64,000 nt of DNA from an uncultured Acidobacteriota bacterium (GTDB lineage Bacteria > Acidobacteriota > JAQAZP01). Location of the stretch: contig CAWIIB010000009.1 in assembly GCA_963836075.1 (NCBI GenBank), positions 2,080,001-2,144,000 of the forward strand, read 5' to 3'. The translations under genes and the position numbers were made by a program. Of this stretch, positions 1 through 10,129 are shown piece after piece (position 1 is the stretch's first letter; the number at the start of each line of letters is the position of its first letter). Under the pieces are notes generated by a model that saw only the letters and a program-made list of their open reading frames with translations, did no database searches and had not been told where the DNA came from.

Positions 1-1344
1 GGCTCCGCTGTCATTCCCACCTCGAGCGGCACGCCCGGCGACTACTTCGTCGAATACCAGCCGCCGACCCAGTACGCGTTCGGACAGACGGTCTCGGTGT
101 CGGTGGGGGTCAATGACTTCAACCAGCCGACGCCCAACGCGCTGAGCGTTCTCTACAACTTCACCGTCACCGGGTCCGCGGACAGTGACGCCGACAACCT
201 GCCCGACGGCTGGGAAACGGCCAACAGCCTCGACCCCGGCAACCCCCTGGGGCTGGACGGCACGGCGGGCGACCCGGACCGGGACCTGCTGGGCAATCTT
301 GCCGAGTACAACGGCGGCAGCGATCCCACCTCTCCCTGGCAGGTGGTGACCGGGCCGGGGCCGGGGCCCGGCAGCCGGCCGCTGATCAGGCTCTGGGACA
401 CCAGCGGCGTGCAGCTGGGCGGCGTGGAGTGGACGCCTTACGGGGGCGGCGACTGGGGTGCCGACGTGGCCGCCGGGGACATCGACGGAGACGGACGCCA
501 CGAGGTGCTCACCGGTCCCGGCCCGGGGCCGATCTACGGGCCGCAGGTCCGCGGTTTCGAGGCCGATGGCACCCAGGTGCCGGGGGTCAACTTTTTTGCT
601 TACGGGACCAACCGCTACGGTGTGCGGGTGACGGCCGGCGACGTTGACGGCGACGGCGTCGACGAGATCGTCACCGGGGCCGGGCCGGGCGAAGTGTTCG
701 GCCCCCACGTCCGCGCCTTTGACGTTTCCGGAAGTCTGGTGCAGTCCCTGCCGGGGATCAATTTCTTCGCCTACGGCACGCTGAAATACGGGGTCAACGT
801 GGCCTGCGGCGACCTGGACGGCGACGGCGTCGACGAGATTGTCACCGGGGCGGGCCCGGGGGCGGTGTTCGGCCCCCACGTGCGCGCCTTCTCTTACAAC
901 GGAGCGGGGGTGAGTGCGGTGCCGGGGGTCAGTTACTTTGCCTACGGCACACTGAAATACGGGGTCAACGTGGCCTGCGGCGACCTGGATGGCGACGGCA
1001 TCGACGAGATCGTCACCGGGGCGGGTCCGGGGGTGGTGTTCGGGCCCCACGTGCGGGGCTGGAACGTGGACGGCCACGCCGCGGCTGCCATACCCGGGGT
1101 CAGTTTCTTTGCTTTCAGCACCGACACTTACGGAGTCAACGTGGCCTGCGGTGACGTGGACGGCGACCGCCGGGACGAGATCATCACCGGCACCGGCCCG
1201 GGCCCGACTTTTGCCGCCCAGGTGCGCGGCTGGAAACTTGACCACGGTTCGGTGCAGGAGATTCCGGGGATGAATTTCTTCGCCTACGACCCATTCGTCT
1301 ATACCTACGGGGCCCGGGTGGCCGCGGGGCATTTCTACTACTAG
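1..1344 (+). CDS. Secreted/surface protein with C-terminal FG-GAP/VCBS-like beta-propeller repeats (5' partial)
   Basis: Frame 1 is open from base 1. DSDADNLPDGWE Ca-binding-like segment, then ~57-aa repeats of FAYG..YGVNVAxGDxDGDGxDEIVTGAGPG. Confidence 0.85.
   Translation, partial: GSAVIPTSSGTPGDYFVEYQPPTQYAFGQTVSVSVGVNDFNQPTPNALSVLYNFTVTGSADSDADNLPDGWETANSLDPGNPLGLDGTAGDPDRDLLGNLAEYNGGSDPTSPWQVVTGPGPGPGSRPLIRLWDTSGVQLGGVEWTPYGGGDWGADVAAGDIDGDGRHEVLTGPGPGPIYGPQVRGFEADGTQVPGVNFFAYGTNRYGVRVTAGDVDGDGVDEIVTGAGPGEVFGPHVRAFDVSGSLVQSLPGINFFAYGTLKYGVNVACGDLDGDGVDEIVTGAGPGAVFGPHVRAFSYNGAGVSAVPGVSYFAYGTLKYGVNVACGDLDGDGIDEIVTGAGPGVVFGPHVRGWNVDGHAAAAIPGVSFFAFSTDTYGVNVACGDVDGDRRDEIITGTGPGPTFAAQVRGWKLDHGSVQEIPGMNFFAYDPFVYTYGARVAAGHFYY
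769..1055 (+). repeat. Intragenic near-identical direct repeat, 171-nt period (57-aa propeller blade)
   Basis: gcctacggcac(g/a)ctgaaatacggggtcaacgtggcctgcggcgacctgga... starts at both 769 and 940. Confidence 0.85.
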
Positions 1345-1354
1345 GAGGGCTGGG

Positions 1355-2555
1355 GTGATGGTTTGCCAGCGCTATACTCGCGGCTGCGGATTCCGCTTTT
1401 CTCCAGAGGCGGTGGTCCTGCTGCTGACTCTGGCCAGCGGTCTGTTCTTCCCCTCCCCGGCGGCCGGAGAAAACGGGGGGCGGGCACCCCTGGTGGCCAC
1501 CGGCCCGGCCCTGGCGGTCCTCGCTGGCCCGGCTGGGCGCGACCTGGACGGTCTCCCCGGAACCGACGGCCTCTTTACGGCGTTTTACACCGGGACCGGG
1601 ACGGCCGCCGTCTCCGGACGGGTGGCCTGGGTCTCGGGCATCTCCGGGACTGGCGCCGCCGGTAAAACGGCCGGGCTTCTGCCCCCGGGACGGCCGGGGG
1701 AACTCCAGGCTTACGGCCCCACGGCCCTGCTGCTGCCCGGGGATTCGCGTCCCTCCGCCGCCTGGGTGGAACGCCAGGACGGCGGCTGCCGGCTGTTTCT
1801 CTCCCGGCCCGCCGGGGCCGCAGGCGGCTGGTCCCCGCCGGAGCAGGTGATTCCCCGGCCGGTGGACCTGGTGCGCTTTCTGCAACGGTGCCGGGTCCTG
1901 GCTGGTCTGGGTCGAGTCGCGCACCTTGAACGATGACATTGTGGCCTGCCACCGCGGCCCGCAGGGCTGGGATCAGCCGGTGGCGGTGAGCCTGCGCGAC
2001 GACAGCGAGGATCTCGCCCCCCGGGTGGCCATTCACCCGTCGGGGAATCCCTGGGTCGTCTGGGCCGGAGCCCGTGACGGAGGTCGGGACGAGATCTTCC
2101 TCAGCCGGCTGAAACAGGGGCAGTGGGTCAGGGAGCAGCTGGTCAGCCAGGAGGACGACACCCCGGACGTGCTGCCCGACCTGGCCATCTCTCCCCACGG
2201 GCTGGCCTGTGCCGTCTGGCTCGGCTATGCCCGGGAGACCCGGGATTACCGGGTCACCAGCTCTTTCTCCACCGGTGGTGAAACCTGGAGCGCCGAAGTC
2301 ATCCTGGGGCAGGGATCCTTTTCCCGTCCCCCGAGGGTGGTGCTGCTGGGCGACGGCCGTTTTCTGCTGGCCTGGTGCGACGGGGCCGGGGTCCTCTGGC
2401 ATGCCGAGCAGGATGGGGAGCGCTGGTCCGCCCCGGCAAAAGTGCTCCCTTGCGGCAGTGACCCCACAGCGCTGGACGAGGCGGCGCTGCTGCTGCTCCA
2501 CCGGTCGAATCGCGGTGACGGAATCCTGGTGGCGGTTCCCCTGCGGTTGCCCTGA
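1355..2555 (+). CDS. Secreted beta-propeller-like hypothetical protein, split by an apparent frameshift near 1875
   Basis: Signal-peptide-like N-terminus in ORF 1355-1936. The frame of ORF 1926-2555 reads ...SWLVWVESRTLNDDIVA... upstream of its annotated start, matching the later repeat WVVWAGARDGGRDEIFLS. Confidence 0.6.
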
Positions 2556-2711
2556 GACCGATTGCGGATCGGCATGCGGGCGGCCTTACGAACATTTTTG
2601 GCGGTTCAGCCGTAAATCAGACGTGCAGTCAGGTCCCCGGCCAGGTTCCCCTGGTCCCGGGTGTTGTCGCGTTCAGGACGGCCAGAACACCCTAGAGGAG
2701 GTGTTTCAGAC

Positions 2712-3050
2712 ATGGAAACCATTCGGATGAAGGAGAAGATTCAGGCACTTCTGGGCTACGTGGAGTTGTGCCGCCTCGGCAAGCGCAAGGTGGTCTTCTG
2801 GTCCTACACGGTCACCGCCATTGCCGTTATCACCACCGTGGCCCTCGCCTTTTTCGGGGTGGCCATGGTGGAGGTCTTTGTCGGCACCCTGGCCGTCGCC
2901 CTGCTGGCCGGGCTGCTGGGCTACACGGTGAGCAGGGATCACCGTCGCTGGCGCTACGTCTCCGGTGAGCTGCGGGGCTGGCTGGCCGAGACGGAACGGG
3001 AGCTGCAGGAAAAACCGGCATTGCGCGATCGTTCTGGGGGAAGCATATGA
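2712..3050 (+). CDS. Small two-TM membrane protein, first gene of an operon
   Basis: GAGGAGGTG RBS before ATG 2712, two hydrophobic segments, ATGA overlap with the next gene. Confidence 0.75.
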   Translation: METIRMKEKIQALLGYVELCRLGKRKVVFWSYTVTAIAVITTVALAFFGVAMVEVFVGTLAVALLAGLLGYTVSRDHRRWRYVSGELRGWLAETERELQEKPALRDRSGGSI

Positions 3051-4157
3051 AACAGACCAGGGAAACCGCGTCCAAAGAGGCCCGGGAAATTCAGGAAAAG
3101 GGCCAGGTGGTCACCGGGATGTTCAAGGGCGACGTGGAGAAGTTCAAGGAGGAGTACAGCAAGTCGGAGCAGGAGGCCAAGGTCAAGATCAATCTCGACC
3201 ACGTGATAGCCCAGAAAACCCAGATCGGGATGGAGATCCAGGCCTCGGTGGAGAAGATCGTCCAGAACCTCGACGAGGCCACCCGCAAGATCATCGAGAT
3301 CAAGGGCCTCAGCGCCTGGGAGAAGTTCCTCTCCATCTTTGGCGGCAGCGGCAAGAACGCCGCGGTGCGCCACCACCTCCGGCGGGTCAAGTCGCAGAAC
3401 ATCTCCGAGAACATCAACACCACCATCGACTTTTCCCGCTACTATGAACAGTCTCTGGGCATGCTCATCGAGGAGGGGACCCGCGAGCTGGGGGAACTGG
3501 TGGCCCTGCGGGACCGCCTGAACCAGGACTACACCACCTCGGTGCGCGAAGCCCAGGAGCGCAAGGCCCGGCTGGACGAGCTGGACGTAAAGCTGGAGGA
3601 GAAGGAGAAGGACCGCGAGAACGCACTGGTGGAGGACCGGGGGGCCATCGAGGCCGGGATCAACCGCCTGCAGGACCAGCGGCGTGAGCTGCATGACCAG
3701 TGGCAGCAGGCTTCGATTCGCGGCCGGCTGGCCCAGGAGAACTACGAGACGGCCAAGAACTACGTGGCCGCTTTCGACACCTCGACCAAGAACCTCAAGG
3801 CGATCCAGCTCAAGCTGCAGGTACTCGCTGGACCAGACCGCCGAGATCCTGCAGAAGACCATCTCGGTGTTCAAGCGGGCCGAGACGGTCAAGGGGTCGG
3901 GGGCGATGTTCGACGCCTACCGCCAGACCCTCGACTCGCTGCACAGGATCACCGGCGACGCGGTGGAAGCGATCTCCGCGGAGACCTCGCGGATCCTCGA
4001 CCAGCCGTTGAACGATCCCGCGACCCAGGAGGCCAAGCGCAAGCAGATCGAGGAGGCCACCGAGCAGTTCCGTGAAGCGCTGATCCGGAACTACGACCGC
4101 CTGATCGAGAAGAACCGCGAGGCCGCGGCCGCGGGTGACGGGCCGGACGAGGCGTAA
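3047..4157 (+). CDS. Long coiled-coil protein, apparent extra-base frameshift at ~3821
   Basis: E/K/Q/R-rich helical sequence. Removing one G in ctgcag-g-tactcg joins ...LKLQ to YSLDQTAEILQK..., ending at 4157 just before the next gene. Confidence 0.7.
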
Positions 4158-4174
4158 CCGGCACCGGGGGAACC

Positions 4175-5182
4175 ATGGAAAACGTGCTGCCCATCGAGGG
4201 CTGCGAGATCAATCCCTACCTCGAGCAACTCTCCTCGGCCCTGCAGGCCCTGGAAAAGGGCCTGCGTGCGGCGGACGAGGAGGACGTGGCCGACTACTGC
4301 CGGCAGATTGGCGATACCCTGGTCTTCTTCCGCTTCAGCGATGAGGACCAGAAGGAGGGCATCGATTCCCGGCTGCGCATCGACCCCAGCGCGTCCGGGT
4401 TCCCCAACAGCCTCGAGTTCATCCGGCTCTTCCAGGAAAAGAGCCGGGCCGGTGAAGTGCTGGCCGAACTGCCGGCCCAGGAAGACCTGGCCTCAGCCGC
4501 GATGCAGAAAATACTCGCCGGTGAGTTCCCGCTCGGTGAACAGCAGTCCAAGGTCCGCCTCGACTACTACCGCCGCCTGCGCGACATGCCCATCGTCAGG
4601 GATTTCGAGGTGGTGCGGGTGCGCGAGAACGGGTCCGGTGACGGCTGCCGGCGCTACCACCTCCACTGGCGGGGTCTGGACCAGTCGAAGAACCTGTTCG
4701 TGGCCTACTCCCTGGAACTGGAGCAGGACAAGGATGACCAACCGCTGGGCCGCAAGCACGGCAGCTTCGAACTGTTCACCACCCTGGAGCAGAAGTTCGG
4801 TCTGGGAGCGGCGCACCTGCTGAAGAGTGTGGATGCCTTTTCCGCCATCCACCCCAAGGCGGTGAAGCGCCACGTCATCGGGCCCTTCTACTGCGACCGG
4901 ACGCACAACGCCGGACCGCTGGCGGAGGTCTTTCAGGACGCACCCCAGCCATGGCTGCTGCGCTACCGCTGCGAGTCGGTGGTCAGCGAAAAAACGCTGG
5001 AGATCAAGAAGTCGATGTTTCGCAAGCCCGACCGGATGGAGCTCTGCTCCGACGAGGCGGCGGAGAACTTTGCCTACTGCCCGAACCGCATCCGCCAGGA
5101 ACTGGGTGAGATGTTCATCAACGGCGGCGAGGAGAACTACCGGGTGGTGGGTGTGGACGAAGAAGGACAAATCATTGATTGA
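4175..5182 (+). CDS. Hypothetical protein (335 aa) in AAA ATPase/DUF6638 operon
   Basis: Coding-like composition. Tightly coupled to both neighbours. Confidence 0.75.
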   Translation: MENVLPIEGCEINPYLEQLSSALQALEKGLRAADEEDVADYCRQIGDTLVFFRFSDEDQKEGIDSRLRIDPSASGFPNSLEFIRLFQEKSRAGEVLAELPAQEDLASAAMQKILAGEFPLGEQQSKVRLDYYRRLRDMPIVRDFEVVRVRENGSGDGCRRYHLHWRGLDQSKNLFVAYSLELEQDKDDQPLGRKHGSFELFTTLEQKFGLGAAHLLKSVDAFSAIHPKAVKRHVIGPFYCDRTHNAGPLAEVFQDAPQPWLLRYRCESVVSEKTLEIKKSMFRKPDRMELCSDEAAENFAYCPNRIRQELGEMFINGGEENYRVVGVDEEGQIID

Positions 5183-6896
5183 CGCGGAAAAACTGCTTCC
5201 CGGAGATCTGGCCGAGCACCGGAAAAAGGTCAAGGAACGTTTGCGGAACTTTCGTATCGACCCGCTGACACTCGACCTCTACCGCCTGGTCCGCGAGATC
5301 GACGACCAGGACCCGGACCTGATGAGTGTGGAGGAGACCAGCACCCTGCTGGCCGTGGAGGAGGGGCTTTCAGCCTTTTACGCCCTCTTCGGGCAGTTGG
5401 AGAACCTGCTGGAGATCCCGGCGCTGCGGGCCGATGCCACGCGGGACCGCAAGCTGCTGGAGCACCGCCTGACCTTCGCCTCGCTCTATTCCCTGTTCGC
5501 CGCCTCCTCGATCATCGCCGGCCGCACCGCCACCATCCGCGAGGGGCTGCCCCGGGAGGAGGTCCGCTCCTGGCCGCTGGACCTGGAAAGCGTGGCCGTG
5601 GATGCCAACGAGATCAGAACCTTCAACAACGTGGTCTCCCGTTTCCTGGTGGACCTCTGCGAGAAGAAGCCCGACCGCTCCCGGGTGGTGACCAGCAGCG
5701 CCGACTTCGTCTGCCTGACCCACGATTTCTTCCGCCAGCTGGCCGAACGCTGCACCCGGCTGAGCCAGTCCTACCTCGAGCTGCGCCCGGCGGTGGAGAA
5801 CCGCCACTTCCTCTTTGACGGGGTGTCGGTCTCCGGGTTCACCCTGCAGATCGAGGAACCGGAGAGCGTGGCGGTTTCCGGGGAGACCTTCGACCAGATG
5901 GTGGGCAACCGCGAACTGAAGACATCGCTGCTGGGCGTGGCGGACAAGATCCTGCTCTACGACCCGCGCACCCGCCGCAACCCGGCCAAGGAACTGGGTG
6001 ATTTCGCACGCACCCTCCTGCTCTACGGCCGGCCGGGAACCGGCAAGACCATGGCCATCAGCGCCCTGATCCACCAGTTGACCGTCAGGGCCAGGGAACT
6101 GGACAAGCCGTTCCGGGCGGTGCTCATCGGCAGCGACGTCAAAGATAAATATTTCGGCGAGTCGGTGAAAAATTTGAAGCGCAAGCTGGCCGAACTGCAC
6201 CGCGGCGACCGGATCTGCCTGGTGGCCATCGAGGACATCGACCTGATGCTGGCCTCCCGTGACGACGTCAATGTCAACGCCGCGGACAAGGATCTGCTGC
6301 ACGAACTGATGAACAGCCTGGAGGGTGTGGCGTCCCGGGACCTGGGCAACGCGGTGATCGTGGCCACCACCAACGACATCAAGGGCATCGAGGGCGCCCT
6401 GGCCGAGCGGCTGCAGGAGAACCCGCTGGAGGTCAGGGGGCCGGAGACCGCCGAGGACTTCGTTGCCCTGTTTCGCATCAAGCTGCGCCGCGGCCTGCCT
6501 GAATCGGAGGGCGGGGTGGGTGGCTATGTCCAGGTGCCGGACAAGGGCAGCCGCCGCCGGCCCGGGTGGCGGGAGATCGGCCAGGCCTGCCTGGAGTTCG
6601 GCTTCACCGGCCGTCCGGTGAAGAACATCTCCAAGCGGCTGATGACCGTCGCCGGGGAGTTCCCCATGCCCGAGGATGTTTATGGCCTCGACGGGGACCA
6701 GTGTGTGGACCGTCTGCGCGGCCTCTACCGGCCCATCGATGGTGCCACGGTGATGGCCGAGGTGGAGCGCTACCGGACCCACAGCCTGGCCCACGAGGAA
6801 GCGATGCGGGAGGAGCGGGTCCGCTCGCGCAAGGAAAGCCTGATCAACGAACTCCGGGCCAGCCGTCTGGCCCAGGAAGAGCTGCGAAAGGAGTAG
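5175..6896 (+). CDS. AAA+ family ATPase
   Basis: Walker A GRPGTGKT, Walker B-like LVAIEDID, sensor ATTN, pore-loop-like KYFGES. TTG start at 5175 after GAAGGA, overlapping the upstream stop. Confidence 0.85.
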   Translation: MIDAEKLLPGDLAEHRKKVKERLRNFRIDPLTLDLYRLVREIDDQDPDLMSVEETSTLLAVEEGLSAFYALFGQLENLLEIPALRADATRDRKLLEHRLTFASLYSLFAASSIIAGRTATIREGLPREEVRSWPLDLESVAVDANEIRTFNNVVSRFLVDLCEKKPDRSRVVTSSADFVCLTHDFFRQLAERCTRLSQSYLELRPAVENRHFLFDGVSVSGFTLQIEEPESVAVSGETFDQMVGNRELKTSLLGVADKILLYDPRTRRNPAKELGDFARTLLLYGRPGTGKTMAISALIHQLTVRARELDKPFRAVLIGSDVKDKYFGESVKNLKRKLAELHRGDRICLVAIEDIDLMLASRDDVNVNAADKDLLHELMNSLEGVASRDLGNAVIVATTNDIKGIEGALAERLQENPLEVRGPETAEDFVALFRIKLRRGLPESEGGVGGYVQVPDKGSRRRPGWREIGQACLEFGFTGRPVKNISKRLMTVAGEFPMPEDVYGLDGDQCVDRLRGLYRPIDGATVMAEVERYRTHSLAHEEAMREERVRSRKESLINELRASRLAQEELRKE

Positions 6897-6900
6897 CCCC

Positions 6901-8277
6901 GTGCCGGTGACCTTCCAGCATGCGGTGGACGGGCTGAAGCGCCTCTTCGGCCGCAGCCGGGCCTTCCACCAGCTGCTGTCGGCCAGCGCCGGCCTCTTCC
7001 CGGTGGACGGCGCCCTGGCCCGGCGCTACCGCACCCTGCTGCGCGAGGTGCTGGGAATGGAGTGCGACCTCCCCTCCTTCACGGTGGACCGCGGAGGCTG
7101 GAGCCCCGAGGTGGCGCGGCAGCTGGGTCCCGACTACCTGCGCACCGGCGACACCACGCGGCTGCTGATCGTGCTCTCACCGGACCAGGCCCGGGCCGCC
7201 GTGCAGCACTGCGGCAGCTCCTACGAGCGGCTGGTCCTCCAGCGGCTCTACGAGGAGGGGCGGAAGCTCATCGGCTTCCTGACCTTCAAGCACCTGCTCT
7301 GGGGGGAGCTGGACGACCGGGCGGGCCTGATGGAGCGGCCGGACGACCTGCTGCTGGTGGAGACGGTGCAGCTCAGCCTGGACACCCAGTCGCGGGACCT
7401 GGAGAAACTGGCCCTCTTCCACCGCCAGGCCGCCGAGCTGCTCCGCGGGGACGGTCTCAACCGGGACTCCTCGATCCATGCCATGCTCCACCTGCGTGAC
7501 GAACTGGTCCAGCGGCTGGGCGACCTGCGGTCCCTGGAGTTCGACGGGCCGGTCACCCTGCGCATGGGCGTCGGTTCGTTCCACAGCGACCTCTTTGGCG
7601 GCTGCTACGTGCTGCGCGACACCGAATCGTGCCTGGTCCACGGGGACGGGGTGAAGCCCCCCGGGGAGCTGGTCTCCTCCAGCTTCCCCTGTTTCCGCTA
7701 CGATGCCCCCGAGCTGGTGGACTACCTGCAGGAGAAGGGTTTCGTCGAACTGCGCAGCGACCTGGTGGAACAGCGGATCAGGGAGATGGAAAACGAGCTT
7801 CTGCTGCAGCAGGACCTCAACCCGGCCCGGCTCCATTTTGTCCAGCGCCGCTACTACCTCAAGCAGCTGCGCAGCCTCTTTCCGGCCAGCTACTACGAAC
7901 TGCGCGACCTGCTGAAGATCCGCTCGGAACGCAAACACCGCAAGCGCATGGGCGAGCTGATGGCCCGCTGCGCGCCGGCCACCCGGCTCAAGCTGGCCGC
8001 GCCTGTTCGCCAGCCGGCCTTTGTCAGCCGGCTGCTGGCCGAGATCGACCCCACCGACTGCTACCGGCTCTACCGCTACAACACCGCGCGCTTCGAGGAC
8101 GTCTTCGGCCGGGCCTCGGAGGCGCACAAGACCTACATCTACGAATCCCTGCTCCTGGCCATCACCTCCACCGGGCAGTACAACCCGGAGGCCAACGCCT
8201 TCCTCAGCCGCTTCGTCGAACTGAATCGCCGGCTGAAGGTGCGTTTCGCCGAAGAGGATCAGGGCGCTTCCAGGTAG
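6901..8277 (+). CDS. DUF6638-like protein
   Basis: Motifs ..RY....F.VD..GWSPEVA.QLG.DYL and FGGCYVLR resemble DUF6638 as recalled. Starts 4 nt after the ATPase stop. Confidence 0.65.
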   Translation: MPVTFQHAVDGLKRLFGRSRAFHQLLSASAGLFPVDGALARRYRTLLREVLGMECDLPSFTVDRGGWSPEVARQLGPDYLRTGDTTRLLIVLSPDQARAAVQHCGSSYERLVLQRLYEEGRKLIGFLTFKHLLWGELDDRAGLMERPDDLLLVETVQLSLDTQSRDLEKLALFHRQAAELLRGDGLNRDSSIHAMLHLRDELVQRLGDLRSLEFDGPVTLRMGVGSFHSDLFGGCYVLRDTESCLVHGDGVKPPGELVSSSFPCFRYDAPELVDYLQEKGFVELRSDLVEQRIREMENELLLQQDLNPARLHFVQRRYYLKQLRSLFPASYYELRDLLKIRSERKHRKRMGELMARCAPATRLKLAAPVRQPAFVSRLLAEIDPTDCYRLYRYNTARFEDVFGRASEAHKTYIYESLLLAITSTGQYNPEANAFLSRFVELNRRLKVRFAEEDQGASR

Positions 8278-10129
8278 CCCAGCTCTTCCAGCTGTTTCCT
8301 GAGATCGTCGTCCCCGGTGGTGTGCCTGTCCCGCAGGGGCCAGCCGGTCCCGGGGAGCCCGTGGGCGTCCCGCGGTCTGTTCCAGCCGGCGGGCGAAATC
8401 GAGGAAGGGGGCGGCCAGCTCCGGGTTTTCGGCGAGGAGGTTGCTGGTCTCCTGCGGGTCGTCGTGCAGGTCGTAGAGCTCGTGCTGCCCGTCGCTGGAG
8501 TGGATGAACTTGTGCCTCCCCTGGACCAGCGAACGGCGGACCCGGTCGAACCGCTGGCCAAAGTCGGGATTCCGCTGATCGAATTTGAAGCTGTAGTAGT
8601 TCTCCGACACCGTGGGGCCGGTGCGCGGGGCCCCCAGGCTGACGCCGCTGACCGTGCCGGGAACCGGCAGGCCCAGGGCGGAGAGGACGGTGGGGAAGAC
8701 ATCCTCCAGCCCCACCGGTTCGGCAAAACGCCCCCGGGGCGACCCGCCGGGGTATTTGACCAGCAGGGGAATTTTCACCCCGCCCTCGTAGAGTTCCCGG
8801 CCGTGGAACACCAGCTGGTGTTCACCAAAGTATTCGCCGTGGTCGCTGGTGACGATGATCATGCTCGAATCGTAAAGGCCCCGGCGGCGCAGGTGGTCAA
8901 AGAGACGGCCCAGCTCACTGTCGAGGTAGCGGATCTCACCGTCATACTGGGACAGCAGGCCGGCCAGCTCCTGGTCGGTGAGGCTCCGCTTGCGGCCCAT
9001 CACGATTCTGCGCATCTGGAACTTGGAGAGGCTTGAGCCGCCCTTGCCGGGATAGACGGTGTCGTAGGGCGGCGGCGGCAGGTAGGGCCAGTGCGCGTCC
9101 ATGTAGTTGACAAAGAGAAAGAAGGGCGCCCGGGAGTGGCGGTCCAGCCAGTGGGTCACCCGGCCGTTGATCTGGCGGGCCGTGGCCGTCCCCTTGCGCA
9201 GCGTGGCCAGCCAGCCGGACCACGGGGAGGCCTGGAGAACCGGCTCGGTGAGCAGCGGGATCCGCGAGTTGCCGTTGCTCTGCCGGAGGTAGTCGTCGAA
9301 GCCCCGGTCGAGACGGAAGTGGGGATTGAGGATCGGGTTGGCGAAGATGGCGGCGGTCTGGTAGCCGGACTGCTGCAGCACCTGCGGCAGGGTGAGGATG
9401 GTGGAGGTCATGGGGTACGCCGCCAGCAGCAGCTGTCCTGTGGACCGCTCCTCCGGACGGTAGCTGTGCATGCGGTGCTGGCTGGGATAGAGCCCGGTGA
9501 ACAGCGAACCGTGGGCCGGCAGGGTCCAGGAGGCGGTGGACCGCGCCGAATCGCAGACCAGGCACTCTTCGGCAAATTCCTCCAGCACCGGCGTGGTGCG
9601 CTGCCGGTAGCCGTGAAGCGACAGGTGGTCGGCGCGCACCGTGTCCAGCAGCAGCACGATCACCGAGGCGCGTGTCGCAGCCTGTTCCCCGTTCTGCGGG
9701 AGGTCGGTGGTCTCGGTCCGCTTCCCGCAGGATTCGTCCATCCGCTGCCGCGGGAGACGCCCCTCGTAGAATCGGGGTGGCGGCCCGCAGGCCGAGGTAG
9801 ACCAGCAGCAGCAGAACGGCCAGGGCGGCAACCGTCCCGAACCCGCCCGGCGGAGCGGCCAGGGGCCGCGCCCGTCTCCGGGCCGCCAGCGCCAGGAGCA
9901 GCAGGGTGATCAGGCCGGCGGCCAGTCCGGCCAGGGCCCCGGCCGCGGTCACCGTGAGCCAGAGCCGGGTGAGCAGGGTCACTTCGATGAAGTCGCCGTT
10001 GAGCAGGATGCGCCGCCAGTCCACGGCCGCGGCCAGGGCACCGGCCACGGCGCCGCCAAGGGTGGCGGCGAGCAGGATCTGCGTGCCGCGCCGCACGGTG
10101 CCCCCCGCTTGCTCCGGGCTACTGCGCAT
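8259..10129 (-). CDS. Membrane-anchored sulfatase-like hydrolase/transferase with two apparent frameshifts (~9680-9770 and ~8310-8370)
   Basis: TM N-terminus in frame 8942-10129. Catalytic core LDTVRADH, WTLPAH, YMDAHWPY, SDHGE in frame 7177-9831. Typical C-terminus LEELGYL in frame 8259-8726. Confidence 0.8.

Noticed and set aside
7177-8258. C-terminal extension of the 884-aa sulfatase ORF
   Set aside because: It is an antisense read-through over the DUF6638-like gene caused by the frameshift. The true end is LEELGYLEAP at 8259.
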